From NCBI GenBank assembly GCA_963737655.1, contig CAVTTN010000002.1:4160001-4224000 (forward strand): a stretch of DNA of 64,000 bases, given 5' to 3'. The notes below the pieces were generated by a model. The model did no database searches and was not told where the DNA came from. It saw nothing but the letters and a program-made list of their open reading frames with translations. Both the position numbers and the translations under genes were made by a program. Shown piece by piece: positions 42,480-52,827 of this stretch (within the stretch, counting starts at the first letter, position 1; each line of letters starts with the position of its first letter). This stretch comes from an uncultured Planctomycetota bacterium (lineage in GTDB: Bacteria; Planctomycetota; Planctomycetia; Isosphaerales; Isosphaeraceae).

Positions 42480-44048
42480 ATGTTGGGACAATGGCGAATC
42501 GTCTTGAAGCAGGCGGAGGAGGCGGCCCGGGCCGGCCGGTTTGACGAGGCGCTGGCCCTCGCCGCCCGGCCCGACGTGGCCGACCACCGCCAGGCCGTGA
42601 TCCTCCGGGCGAAGCTCGCCTCGGACCTCCTGGGCCGGGGCATCCGCCGAGGAGAAGCCGACGACGCCCCCGGGGCCATCGCCGACCTCGACCTGGCCGA
42701 GGCCCACGGAGCGGCCCCCGACGCCCTGGCCTCCGCCCGGATGAAGCTGGCCGAGGGCCTGGCCGAGGAGATCGAGGCCGAGTTCTCGGCCGGCGAGCCG
42801 GCGAGGGTGGCCGACCGGGTCGCCGGCCTGGCCTCGCACAAGGTCTCCGGCCCGCGGCTCCGTCGCCTCCGAGAGGCCGCCGAGGCCTGGCGGAAGGCCC
42901 TCGACGACGCCCGCCGAGGCGAGTTCGGCCTGGCCGAAGAGGGCCTGGATCGCGCCAACCGGCTGGCCGGCGGACTCGGCGCCGACGCCCTGGCGGCCTC
43001 CTCCCGAGAGGTCGCGGGCCGCCGGGACAAGGCTCAAACGCGTGTCGAGCGGCTCTATCAGGCCCTCTCCGCCGGCAAGTGGGGCGAGACCCTGGCCGCC
43101 GCCGAGGCGGTCCTGGAAGTCATCCCCGATCACCCCGCGGCCCGCGGGGCCCGCACCCGGGCCTGGCAGCAGATCGGCGCGATCAACCCGGCGGCCACCC
43201 TGCCCGGCCGGTCGTCCCGAGGAGTTCCGCCGACCGCGCCGATCCCCGCACCGGCCGAACGGCCGGCGCCGATCCGGTTCCTCGCCAGCTCGTCGCCGTC
43301 ACCGGGCCCCGCGCCGGCTGCCTCGCCCAATCGAGCCGGGATCGTCTTCCTCGACTCGGCGCCGAAGTCGAGCGAGGCGTCCACCGTGCCCTGGAACGAC
43401 GCGACGACCCGCCGGGCGTCGATCGCCTCCTCGCGTCCCGAGTCGAGGCTCCGAGGCCGCTTCCTCCTCTGGGCCGACGCCATCGGCGGCTATCTCGTCT
43501 GCCTGGACGACGAGGTCATCCTCGGCCGATCCGGGCCGGACAGCCCGGCCGACGTCCCGCTGCTGGGCGACCTCTCGCGGGACCACGCGGCGATCATCCG
43601 GGACGGGGACGGCTACGTCCTCAAGGCCAAGCACGCGACGTTCCTCAACGGGCGGAAGGTCGATGCGGCCCCGCTGCGAAACGGCGACGTGATCCGCCTG
43701 GGCTCGACGGTGGAGCTGGAATTCCGCCAGCCCAGCCCGGTGAGGCTCGACGGCCCGGCTGGAGATCGTCAGCCGCCATCGCCTGCCGCTGGCCGTGGAC
43801 GGGGTGATCCTGATGGCCGAGACGTGCATCGTGGGGCCCAGCCCCCAGGCGCACGTCCCCGCGGCGAACCTGGAGGCCCCGGTGGTCTTCTATCGGCAAG
43901 GCGGCGGCCTCTGGTGCCGGGCCGCCGGCGAGTTCTCGGTGGACGGCAAGGCGGCCTCGGGCCGGGCGCCCTGGCGCTCAGCTCGTCGGTCGTGGGCGAG
44001 GGCTTCTCGTTCGGCCTGGAGCCCCTGAATCCGAACGCCTCGGCCTGA
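42480..44048 (+). CDS. TPR-like + FHA domain protein (two compensating indels at ~43744 and ~43969)
   Basis: Helical N-terminus; FHA LGRSG..LSRDHA..TFLNG..LRNGDVIRLG. Between the indels the alternative frame reads STARLEIVSRHRLPLAVDGVILMAETCIVGP. Confidence 0.82.
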   Translation: MLGQWRIVLKQAEEAARAGRFDEALALAARPDVADHRQAVILRAKLASDLLGRGIRRGEADDAPGAIADLDLAEAHGAAPDALASARMKLAEGLAEEIEAEFSAGEPARVADRVAGLASHKVSGPRLRRLREAAEAWRKALDDARRGEFGLAEEGLDRANRLAGGLGADALAASSREVAGRRDKAQTRVERLYQALSAGKWGETLAAAEAVLEVIPDHPAARGARTRAWQQIGAINPAATLPGRSSRGVPPTAPIPAPAERPAPIRFLASSSPSPGPAPAASPNRAGIVFLDSAPKSSEASTVPWNDATTRRASIASSRPESRLRGRFLLWADAIGGYLVCLDDEVILGRSGPDSPADVPLLGDLSRDHAAIIRDGDGYVLKAKHATFLNGRKVDAAPLRNGDVIRLGSTVELEFRQPSPVRLDGPAGDRQPPSPAAGRGRGDPDGRDVHRGAQPPGARPRGEPGGPGGLLSARRRPLVPGRRRVLGGRQGGLGPGALALSSSVVGEGFSFGLEPLNPNASA

Positions 44049-44139
44049 TCCCCGTCAAGATCCTCCCCACGCGGTCGAATCGCTTCCCGGCCCGACGACG
44101 AGCGGTCCGCAACAGGGCGCCGACAGAGAGAGGAACCCG

Positions 44140-46105
44140 ATGAGCGCGACGGCCCGAGATTACCCGGACGCCCCCCCGATGGACGAGACGATCCCCTACG
44201 CTTCGCCCGACCGACCCTCCGGACCCGACGGGGAGCCGCCCATGCCCAGGACCCCGGACGCCTCGCCCCAGCGCTACACCTACGGCTCCGGGGCCCGGCC
44301 CCTGGACGGCTTCACCATCCGTCGGGCGATCGGCCGGGGCGGGTTCGGCGAGGTCTACTACGCCACCTCCGACGCCGGCAAGGAAGTCGCCCTGAAGCTG
44401 ATCACCCGGAACCTCGAGGTCGAGCGCCGCGGGGTGGTCCAGTGCATGAACCTCAAGAGCCCCCACCTCGTCGCCATCCACGACCTGAAGCAGAACGACG
44501 GCGGCGACTCGTTCGTGATCATGGAATACGTCGCCGGGCCCAGCCTCGCCCAGGTCCTCGCCCAGAGCCCCGCCGGGCTCGCCTCGGCCGAGATCCGGAT
44601 GTGGCTGAAGGGCCTGATCGACGGCGTGGCCTACCTCCACGACCACGGGATCGTCCACCGGGACCTCAAGCCCGCCAACCTCTTCCTCGAAGAGGGGATG
44701 GTCAAGATCGGCGACTACGGCCTGACCAAGGCCATCACCGGCGGGACGCAGAACCCCGGCCATTCGGAGTGCGTCGGCACCTGCCACTACATGGCGCCGG
44801 AGACCTCCACCGGCAAGTATCATAAGGCCATCGACATCTACGCCATCGGCGTGATCCTCTACGAGATGGTCACCGGCCGCGTCCCGTTCGACGGCGAATC
44901 GGTGGGCGAGGTGCTCATGAAGCACCTGACCAGCCGGCCGGACCTCACCGTCCTGCCCGAGCCGTTCAAGAGGATCGTGACCCGGGCCCTGGCCAAGGAC
45001 CCCAACCATCGCCCGGCCCGGGTGACCGACCTCCTCCTGCCCGGCGACCTGCCCAGGGAGCCGGAATTGCGGTTCATCGGCGACAAGTCCTGGCCGCCCG
45101 GCACCCCCGGGCCCGGCCAGGCCGCCGCGGAGCCGAAGAAGGACGACGTCCTGAGGATCAACGCCGAGGAGTCCTCGGTCTTCTACATCGGCCCCGAGAC
45201 CCGTCCCCAGCCCCGGGGCGACCGGAACCGGCCCACGACCCGGACCGCCGGCCTGGCCCGGGCCTGGGCCTGGTGGCGGAACCCGCAGTTCGTCCGGCCG
45301 TCGAGGCGGCCCGCGCCCTGGCCGGCGCCCCCGGCCCCGGTGGCGGCGGCCCCGCCTCGGCCGCCGACCCCTCGACCGGCCCCGGCGCCTCCTCCTCGAC
45401 CGATGCAGACCCAGGTCCGCACCGAGCCGGCCCCTCTCGGACCGCCCCCGGCCATGCCCAGCACGCGGGTCCGCGTGGCCGAGGCTCGCCGGGTCGATGC
45501 TCTGGGCGGCCCCGACCGCGGCCCTGGGCTCGGCGATCCTCCTGCCGCTCTTCTCCCTGGCCGAGGGCACCCGGGCCACGGACCCGAGGCAGATGTCCCT
45601 GGTCTTCGGCACCGCCCTGCTCTCCTCCTGGGCGATCCTGGTCGCCGGCAAGCTCTGGGAAGGCAAGAAGAAGGCCACGTTGCGGAAGATGGTCGCGATG
45701 GCGATCCCCGGCGCCCTGATCGGCCTGGCCGGCTTCGGCCTCTGGGACTCGACTCACCTGGGCCCGGTCCAGGATTCGGTGCTCGGCGACCTGGCGAACG
45801 TCTCGACGTCGACCCTTGGCCCGAAGCTGGCCGGGGCGACCACCTTCGCCTCGTTCTTCAGCCTGGCGATGGCCTCGTTCCCCTGGTGGGCCGCCACGGC
45901 CAGGGACCGCCGCCGCCGGGTCCGGCTCTGGCCGGTCCTCCTGGCCTCGTTGCTGGGCGGGACCGAGGCCCTGCTGTTCCCGGGCGTCCTGCCGTTCGGC
46001 CCCCTGGCCTTCGGTGTCGGCGTGATGGTGGCCGGCGTGGTGAGCCCCTGGAGCCGGGAGGCCGCCACCTACGCCCGGGAGGCCCGCCGTCGGCGGGTCG
46101 CCTGA
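44140..46105 (+). CDS. Ser/Thr kinase with multi-TM C-terminal domain (+1 indel at 45483-45484)
   Basis: GRGGFGEVY, HRDLKPAN, DYG, YMAPE. The hydrophobic ORF 45497..46105 joins the kinase if one G is removed from GAGGCTC. Confidence 0.88.
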
Positions 46106-46228
46106 GCCTTCCCCGGGCCAACCGTTCAAGGAATCGTCCCCGAGAGCGAATCTCCTGGTGAAGTGACGCCGCTCCGAGAGGCCGGGCCGATCGGCCCGAA
46201 CCGAGGACCCGGCAAGGACCGAATCGCC

Positions 46229-46828
46229 ATGAACCGCCTCTTGCTCTCGCTCCTGATCCCCGCAATCGCCGCGGTCGGCCTGGCCGGCGAGGCCCAGGCC
46301 AAGGCGCCTCGGCCCCCGAAACGGGACCATCGCTCCGCACCTCCGGCACCGGCCGCCGCCCCTCGGGAGCTGCGGACCGTCCAGAGCGAGCTGATGGCCA
46401 GCGTCGAGCGCTCCGAGAACGACCTGACCGTCCAGGTCAAACGGGCCATCGTCGACTGGCTCGCGCAGGACGGCGTCCCCGCCTCGTGGACGCCTCCGAA
46501 GGGCCTCGTCGAGTCGATGCTCGTGGGGAAACCGGCCGTCGAGCCGGTCCAGTGGAAGGACCTCCAGGTCTTCCGGGCCTCTCGCCAGGTCGATTTCTCC
46601 CCCTCGAAGAAGGCTGAGCTGCTGGAGGTCTTCCACCGCCAGCAGGCCGGTCGAAGGCTGGCGATCCTGGGCGGGGGACTCGTGTTCGTCCTCTCCCTGC
46701 TCGGGGCCGTGGCCGGCTACATCCGGGCCGACGAGGCGACCCGGGGCTATTACACCAACCCCCTGAGGCTGGTCGCGGCGGCCGGGGTGTTGACGGCGGG
46801 CGCGGCGGTTTACGGACTCCTGGCCTGA
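46229..46828 (+). CDS. Hypothetical protein with signal peptide and two C-terminal TM helices
   Basis: MNRLLLSLLIPAIAAVGLAGEAQA signal; TM-YIRADEATRGYYT-TM. Confidence 0.75.
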   Translation: MNRLLLSLLIPAIAAVGLAGEAQAKAPRPPKRDHRSAPPAPAAAPRELRTVQSELMASVERSENDLTVQVKRAIVDWLAQDGVPASWTPPKGLVESMLVGKPAVEPVQWKDLQVFRASRQVDFSPSKKAELLEVFHRQQAGRRLAILGGGLVFVLSLLGAVAGYIRADEATRGYYTNPLRLVAAAGVLTAGAAVYGLLA

Positions 46829-46846
46829 TCGCTCCGGAGGTTCGCC

Positions 46847-47260
46847 ATGATGCTCTCCCTGGTCCTGCTGATCGGCCTGGCGACCACGACGGCCTGGATC
46901 CTCTCCCCGACGTTCCGGGGAGGGCTGCGGCACCTCGCCACCAGGCCCCCCCTGGCGGCGGTCCTCTGGTCGGCCCTGGGGCTCAGCGTCCTGCTCCTCC
47001 TGACCGACCCGCCCTCGGAGCTCGCCTTCGCCTTCGCCGTCGCGGCGATCCTGGCGTTCCTGGTGCTCTGGGTCCGCGAATTCCTCGGCCTGATGACCCT
47101 GACCGACGACGCCTTCCCCGGCCGCCACGACAAGCTGATCTGGGTGGCCCTGATGGTCCTCCTCCCGCCGGTCGGCCTGGCCAGCTTCTCCCTGTTCCGC
47201 CGGGCCTACTGGCCCGCGACCGAGAAGCCGGCCCCGGGACGGGCCTCGGAACTCCTGTAA
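46847..47260 (+). CDS. Small membrane protein with PLDc_N-like helical hairpin
   Basis: Multiple TMs; DKLIWVALMVLLPPVG; GGAGG ribosome-binding site. Confidence 0.75.
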   Translation: MMLSLVLLIGLATTTAWILSPTFRGGLRHLATRPPLAAVLWSALGLSVLLLLTDPPSELAFAFAVAAILAFLVLWVREFLGLMTLTDDAFPGRHDKLIWVALMVLLPPVGLASFSLFRRAYWPATEKPAPGRASELL

Positions 47261-47293
47261 GAGGCTCCCGGGGCCGGAGGCTCGGAACCGTCA

Positions 47294-47494
47294 GAAACGG
47301 TGTCCGATCGGCTCCGGAAAAACCCCCCTGGAATGAGGAAAACGAGTAGGTCCGACTTCAGTCGGGCCTAGAAAAAGGTCTTATTTTCTAGGCCCGACTG
47401 AAGTCGGACCTACTCGATCCCCCTCCATCACCGGGTTTTCTTCAGAGCATGTCCGATCGATATTTGTACCCCAAAATCGATCCGACACCATTTC
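47294..47494. mobile_element. Nested REPIN/MITE-like palindromic element, copy 2 (inverted relative to copy 1)
   Basis: CGAGTAGGTCCGACTTCAGTCGGGCCTAGAAAA..TTTTCTAGGCCCGACTGAAGTCGGACCTACTCG core inside GGTGTCCGATCG..CGATCCGACACCATTT. Confidence 0.8.
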
Positions 47495-47625
47495 CGAGTC
47501 CCCATCTCCCGCTTCCCGTCCTGGCTTCCCCGTCTTGCCTCCGGCCGAGGGATCGGGGATGGTGAAGGCGGGCCGTGGCCGATCGGATCGGCCCCTCGGG
47601 CCCCTTTCCCTTCGGGTCTTGATCG

Positions 47626-48912
47626 ATGGATGCTGCCTCCGCGGTTGCCGGGCCGGACGGCCGCCGATTTCGTCGGGCGGCCCTGGGCGGGGCCGTCCTG
47701 ATCGGGGTGGTCGGGGCGGGCCTGGTCCTCTGGGGCTCGATCTCGTCGCAGAGGATGGCCGACCGCGCCCGCCTCGCCCTGGATTCCGGCAAGCTGGACG
47801 AGGCCCAGGCAATCCTCGGCCGCCTGCTCGCCGAGACGCCCGGTTCGGGCGAGGGGCATTACCTCCGGGCCCGCCTGGCCCTCGCCCGCGACCGCCCGGA
47901 AGACGCGCTTCGGGCCCTGGAGAAGGCCCGGGAGGCCGGCTTCGACGAGCCGCCCATCCTCCGCGTGTGGGGCCTGATCCTCGCCCGATCCGGCCGGGCC
48001 CGGGAGGCCGAGCCGGCGTTACGCTCGGCCTGGGAGGCCCTCTCCGCGCCCGATCCGGAAGTCGCCGAGGCGCTCACGAAGATCTATTACGAGGCCTTCC
48101 AGCTTCCCCGGGCCCTGGAGGTCATCGACGGCTGGCTCCGCCGCGAGCCCGACAGCCTCCAGCCCCTCCTGTGGAGGGCCGAGGTCCATTCGCGGACCGA
48201 CCCCGGGCCCGAGGCCCTGGTCCGGGACTTCGACGCCATCCTCGCCAAAGACCCGGACCAGGACGCCTCCCGCCTGGCTCGGGCCGACAACCTCAGCCGG
48301 CTCGGCCATCTCGAACGGGCCAGGGCCGATTATGACCTGTACCTGACCCGCAAGCCCGACGACCCCGCCGGCCACCTCGGCGCGGCCCACGCCGCCGAGG
48401 GGCTGGACGACGACGATTCGGCCCTGATCCACTACGACCGCGTCCTGGCGATCGACCCGAACCGGGGCCAGGCCCTCCTGGGCAAGGCGGCGATCCTCGT
48501 CCGTCGCCGGCAGCTCGACCCGGCGCTCGCCCTGATCGAAAAGGCCGAGACGCTCGCCCCCGACGACCCCGAACCCCACTATCGCCGGAGCGTCGTCCTG
48601 GACCGCCTCGGCCGTCGCGACGAGGCGAAGCGGGAATTCGCCGAGAAGACCCGGCTCCAGGCCGCCCAGGAACGGATCGAGAGGGTCCGCAAGCTCCTCG
48701 TCCGTGACCCCGAGAACGCCGAGCTCCGCGCCGAGGTCACCGCCTGGCTCCTCGACCACGGGAACGCCCCGGAGGGCCTCGAATGGGCCAAACAGACCCT
48801 CGACCGCCGCCCCAACCACGCCCCCACCCTCGCGATCCTCGCCCGGTATTACCGCAGGATCGGCAACGAGGCGCTCGCGAGCTTCTACGAGGCGCAGGTC
48901 AAGGCCCCCTGA
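47626..48912 (+). CDS. Membrane-anchored TPR protein
   Basis: N-terminal TM, then repeated A..L.P....A TPR helices. Confidence 0.85.
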   Translation: MDAASAVAGPDGRRFRRAALGGAVLIGVVGAGLVLWGSISSQRMADRARLALDSGKLDEAQAILGRLLAETPGSGEGHYLRARLALARDRPEDALRALEKAREAGFDEPPILRVWGLILARSGRAREAEPALRSAWEALSAPDPEVAEALTKIYYEAFQLPRALEVIDGWLRREPDSLQPLLWRAEVHSRTDPGPEALVRDFDAILAKDPDQDASRLARADNLSRLGHLERARADYDLYLTRKPDDPAGHLGAAHAAEGLDDDDSALIHYDRVLAIDPNRGQALLGKAAILVRRRQLDPALALIEKAETLAPDDPEPHYRRSVVLDRLGRRDEAKREFAEKTRLQAAQERIERVRKLLVRDPENAELRAEVTAWLLDHGNAPEGLEWAKQTLDRRPNHAPTLAILARYYRRIGNEALASFYEAQVKAP

Positions 48913-48928
48913 GGTGAGTCGCCGGGCG

Positions 48929-49606
48929 TCACGGGAACGGGCAGCCCGAATAGAGCTCGTCGGGCGCGTCGGTCGTGTCGATCGGCTCCTCCTTGAGCCC
49001 CGAGAGCCGGGCGATCCGGGCGTTGAGGTCGCGGAGCATGCTCACCGAGAACCCCGGCCAGAAGGCGTCGAGCTTGCCGTCGCGGTCGATCAGGGCGACA
49101 TACGCCGAGTTCTCGGCGCCGAACTCCCGGGTGATCTTCAGGGACTTGTCGGGGACCAGGGGGAACGGCACGCCGTTCCGGTCGGCCCACTTGCGGGCGT
49201 CCTCGGCGTCGTCGTCGATGATCCCGACGAACCGGACCCGCCCTCGATAGGAGGCGTGGAGGCCGTTGAAGAACCCTTCGGCGGCGACGCTGCACGGGCA
49301 GCCGTCCTGGATGAAGACCACGACGACGGGCCCGGTCTTCCACCACTGGGCCAGGTCCACGAGCTTCCCCTCGGCGTCCTTCTCCCGAAAGCTCGGGGCG
49401 GCCTGGCCCTGCCGGGTCGTCGCCCGATCGAGCATCGGGGGAGAGACCTTGTGCCTCTCCTCGGTCGCCGTGACCGTGAGGACCGGCGCGGCCGGGCCGG
49501 CGGCCTTCCCCGGGCGGCCCCTCTCGGCCTTCAACCGGGTCGAGGCATAGAGCCCGGCGACGATCACCAGGAGCAGGGCGAGGGCCAGGAGCGATCGAGT
49601 CTTCAT
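48929..49606 (-). CDS. Exported redoxin (AhpC/TSA, thioredoxin fold)
   Basis: N-terminal anchor; APSF..VVVVFIQDGCPCS; FPLVPD; ALIDRDG; C-terminal YSGCPFP. Confidence 0.82.
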   Translation of the reverse strand: MKTRSLLALALLLVIVAGLYASTRLKAERGRPGKAAGPAAPVLTVTATEERHKVSPPMLDRATTRQGQAAPSFREKDAEGKLVDLAQWWKTGPVVVVFIQDGCPCSVAAEGFFNGLHASYRGRVRFVGIIDDDAEDARKWADRNGVPFPLVPDKSLKITREFGAENSAYVALIDRDGKLDAFWPGFSVSMLRDLNARIARLSGLKEEPIDTTDAPDELYSGCPFP

Positions 49607-49824
49607 CGGGATTCGACTCGGAAGGCCGGGCGCGATCGAAGCCGGGACGGTTTCATGCAGACCCTCATCGTATCGCGACGGACCGAAAACGGCCAGGGTT
49701 CGCGGGACGGGAACTTGCTCGGGTGGCTCGGTTCGAGCTAAGATTCTAGTGCGCCTTGTCCTCCCCAGGGCGCCCCTCGCTCGGTCGCGGCGGGCGACGT
49801 CACCCTACCCGATCGGGACCCTCC

Positions 49825-52348
49825 ATGGTCGAGCCTTCGGCGTCGCGATTCTGGCACGCGGCCCTTCGCAGCGGATTGCTCGACGAGTCGGCCCTCCAGG
49901 CCGCCTGGGACGAGATCCCTCCGGAGAAGAGGACGCACGACGCCGTGGATCGCCGCCTGGCCCGGCAGGTGGTCAACTCGGGCAAGCTCACGCTCTGGCA
50001 GGCCCAGCAGATGCTCGCGGGGCGCTGGCAAGGGCTGAGGATTGACAAGTACGTCCTCCAGGACGTCATCGGCCACGGCGGGATGGGCCGGGTCTATCTC
50101 GCGAAGGACTCCCGGCTCGGCCGCAAGGTGGCCCTGAAGATCCTCTCCCGCGAGAGGATGAACAACCCCCGGGCCCTGGCCCGGTTCCGTCGCGAGGCGA
50201 AGGTCGGCGCCCAGCTCCAGCACGAGAACCTCGTGAGGATCTACGACGAGGGCGAGGCCCACGGCGTCCGGTTCCTCGTGATGGAGTTCATCGAGGGCAA
50301 GACCATCGGCCACCTGATCGCCGACGGAGGGCCGATGCCCCCGGCCATCGCCGCCGACATCGCCCGCCAGGTCGCCCTCGGCCTGGAGCACCTCCACCAG
50401 AAGGGCCTGGTCCATCGCGACGTCAACCCGATGAACATCCTGATCGGCCGCGACGGGATCGCCAAGCTCACCGACCTCGGCCTGGCCATCGACCTGGGCG
50501 ACCTCGACGACATCGTGACCCGCGACGGCGCGACCGTCGGCACGTTCGATTACATCTCGCCCGAACAGGCCCGGCACTCGCGATCGGCCGACATGAGGAG
50601 CGACATTTACTCGCTCGGCTGCACGCTCTATCACATGCTGGCCGGCCGGGTCCCGTTCCCCATGCCCAGCCTGCCGGAAAAGCTCTACGCCCACCAGGTG
50701 GCCGAGCCCGAGGGCCTGGAGCACGTCGTGCCCGACCTGCCCGAAGGGCTCGGCGACGTCGTCCGCAGGATGATGAAGAAGAACGCGGCCGAACGGTTCG
50801 TCCAGCCGATCGAGGCGGCTCGGGCCCTGGAACCGTTCGCCCGGGGCCATGCCCCGGTGGCGGGCGTGGGGGCGTGGTCGGCCTCGCCGTCGAACACCAA
50901 CGGCTCGACCGTCTCCAGCACGTCGCAGGCCGGCCTGACTCCCCCGGGGTCCGACCCCGAGCTCGACCCGTCCCGGGGGGTCGCGGCGAGCCCCTCCGGC
51001 CCTCTCCGCCGGGTCCGACCCGATGGAATTCATCCCGAAGCTCGATTTCGGCCCGCCCGAGCCGCTGTCGCTCTCGACCACGAGGAAGCCGGCCCGGGCC
51101 CCGAAGCCGGCCCAGGCCAGACCGCCCCGATCCCTGCCGATCGTGCCGATCCTGATCGGCTCGGGCGTGGTGATCCTCGCGGCGATGGTCGCCCTGGCGG
51201 TCCCGGCGGTCCTCAGGGCGATGAAGGATCGCCCCTCGACCCCGAAGGCCGCGCCCCTCTCGGCCGAAACCCCGGAAACGCCCCGGCCGCCGCCCGCGTC
51301 GCCCGGGTCGGCCCCGGCCGAATTCGCGATCCGCGAGGCCGACGGCGAGGAGAGGCCCGAGGCTTCGCTCCGAGACGCCATCCGCCACGCCTCCGGCCGG
51401 GACAAGGCCGAGATCGTCGTGAGGTCGAAGGCCCTGACCCGCCCCGGAGAGGTCGGCAAGGCCCTGAGGGTCCCCAGGGGCTTGCTGGTGATCCGGGCCG
51501 ACGGCGACGCCCACCCCGAGCTCCTGATCGAGCTCTCGAAGAAGGCCCCGTGGATCGAGGTCGGCCCCCAGGCCCGCCTGAGCTTGATCGGCTTCAAGAT
51601 CCGCCAGGAAGTGCCGATCGCCGATTCCTCCAACGCCCCCCCGCCGGCCCTGATCGCCTCGCTCGGCAACGTTTCGCTCGAAAAATGCGAGTTCTCCACC
51701 ACCGGAAGCGACCGATCGAGCCGGGTCCTCGCCTCCGAGGGGCTGGACACCCGGATCACCGATTGCTTCTTCGAGGGATTCGATCGCCCGCTGGCCCTCC
51801 AGTTCTACCCCGGGGCCGACGTCCGCCTGACCAACTCGATCTTCGTCCGCGACATCACGGGAGACCCCCTGGCCGGCTGGGCGATCGGCGCCACGGGCAA
51901 GACGGCGATCAACGGGACGAAGCCGAGGAAGCTCAGCCTGGATCGCTGCACGGTCCTCGGCGCCGGCCTGCTGGCGGCGGAGGGATTCTCGGCCGAGGCG
52001 CCTCTGGACGTCTCGTTGAAGCAGACGGCCGTGAGCGCGAAGTCGCTCCTCCTGACGGAGCTGCCCAGGCCGGCGCTGGCGAAGGCGATCCACTGGTCGG
52101 GCCAGGAGGACTGGTTCGCGATCTCCGAGGCGTCCTGGGCGATGGTCGCCCCGAAGGCGTTCGACGCCCTGGCCGGGGGCCTGACCGACCTGAAGGCCTG
52201 GACGGCCGCCGTCGGCCCGGAGGCCGGAAGCCGCGAGGAAGTCCTCCCGTTCGCGGCCGGCTCGCCCAAGGAAGGCAGCCCTCCGAGGGACTTCGCCATC
52301 ACCGTCGAGAACGGCCAGCCCCCCGCCGGGGCGAAGCTCGGTCCCTGA
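49825..52348 (+). CDS. Ser/Thr kinase, TM, C-terminal beta-helix-like domain (+1 indel at ~50975-50994)
   Basis: GHGGMGRVY, HRDVNPMN, DLG, YISPE. ORF 51023..52348 supplies the TM and the extracytoplasmic domain. Confidence 0.85.
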
Positions 52349-52352
52349 GGAG

Positions 52353-52766
52353 CTACTCCTCGCCCGGGAGCAAATGCCGGCTCGAATGGTAGATCCGCTT
52401 GTGACGGGTTTGCGCCGCCGGGGTGGGTTCGGCCTTGCTCTTGAGGTCGGCGAGGTTGGCGGCGCAGAACGGGCAGGCCACCACGTCGATGTGGAACTTG
52501 ATGTATTCGGCGTGGTCGGGGTCCAGGGCGTCGAGCAGGTAGCTTCCCAGGGTCTGCCGGGACGCGCACGTCAACCTCGATCGGTTCCAGATCGCCCCGA
52601 GCGAGTGGAGGCCGGCGTCTCCCCGGTCGAGCCGGACCTCTTCGAGCTGGTGGCGGAGGTCGGCCGAGTCGCGGAGCGCCTTCTCCACCCGGGCCATCTC
52701 CTCGGGCGCGAGGCTCTCGGCGAGGTAGGCTTTCAGGATCTCGACGTCAATCGCACCGTTCCCCAT
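52353..52766 (-). CDS. Putative zinc-finger anti-sigma-like protein (soluble)
   Basis: LKAYLAESL.. and LGSYLLDAL..HIDVVACPFC (zf-HC2-like); directly downstream of an ECF sigma. Confidence 0.7.
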   Translation of the reverse strand: MGNGAIDVEILKAYLAESLAPEEMARVEKALRDSADLRHQLEEVRLDRGDAGLHSLGAIWNRSRLTCASRQTLGSYLLDALDPDHAEYIKFHIDVVACPFCAANLADLKSKAEPTPAAQTRHKRIYHSSRHLLPGEE

Positions 52767-52806
52767 CGGCTTCGGACCCTCGCGGACGGACATTCGGATC
52801 AAGACT

Positions 52807-52827
52807 GGTGCATTTCATGCACCCTAC
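52807..52827 (-). repeat. GTAG-family REP
   Basis: Reverse complement of GTAGGGTGCATGAAATGCACC, identical to 55530-55550. Confidence 0.8.
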
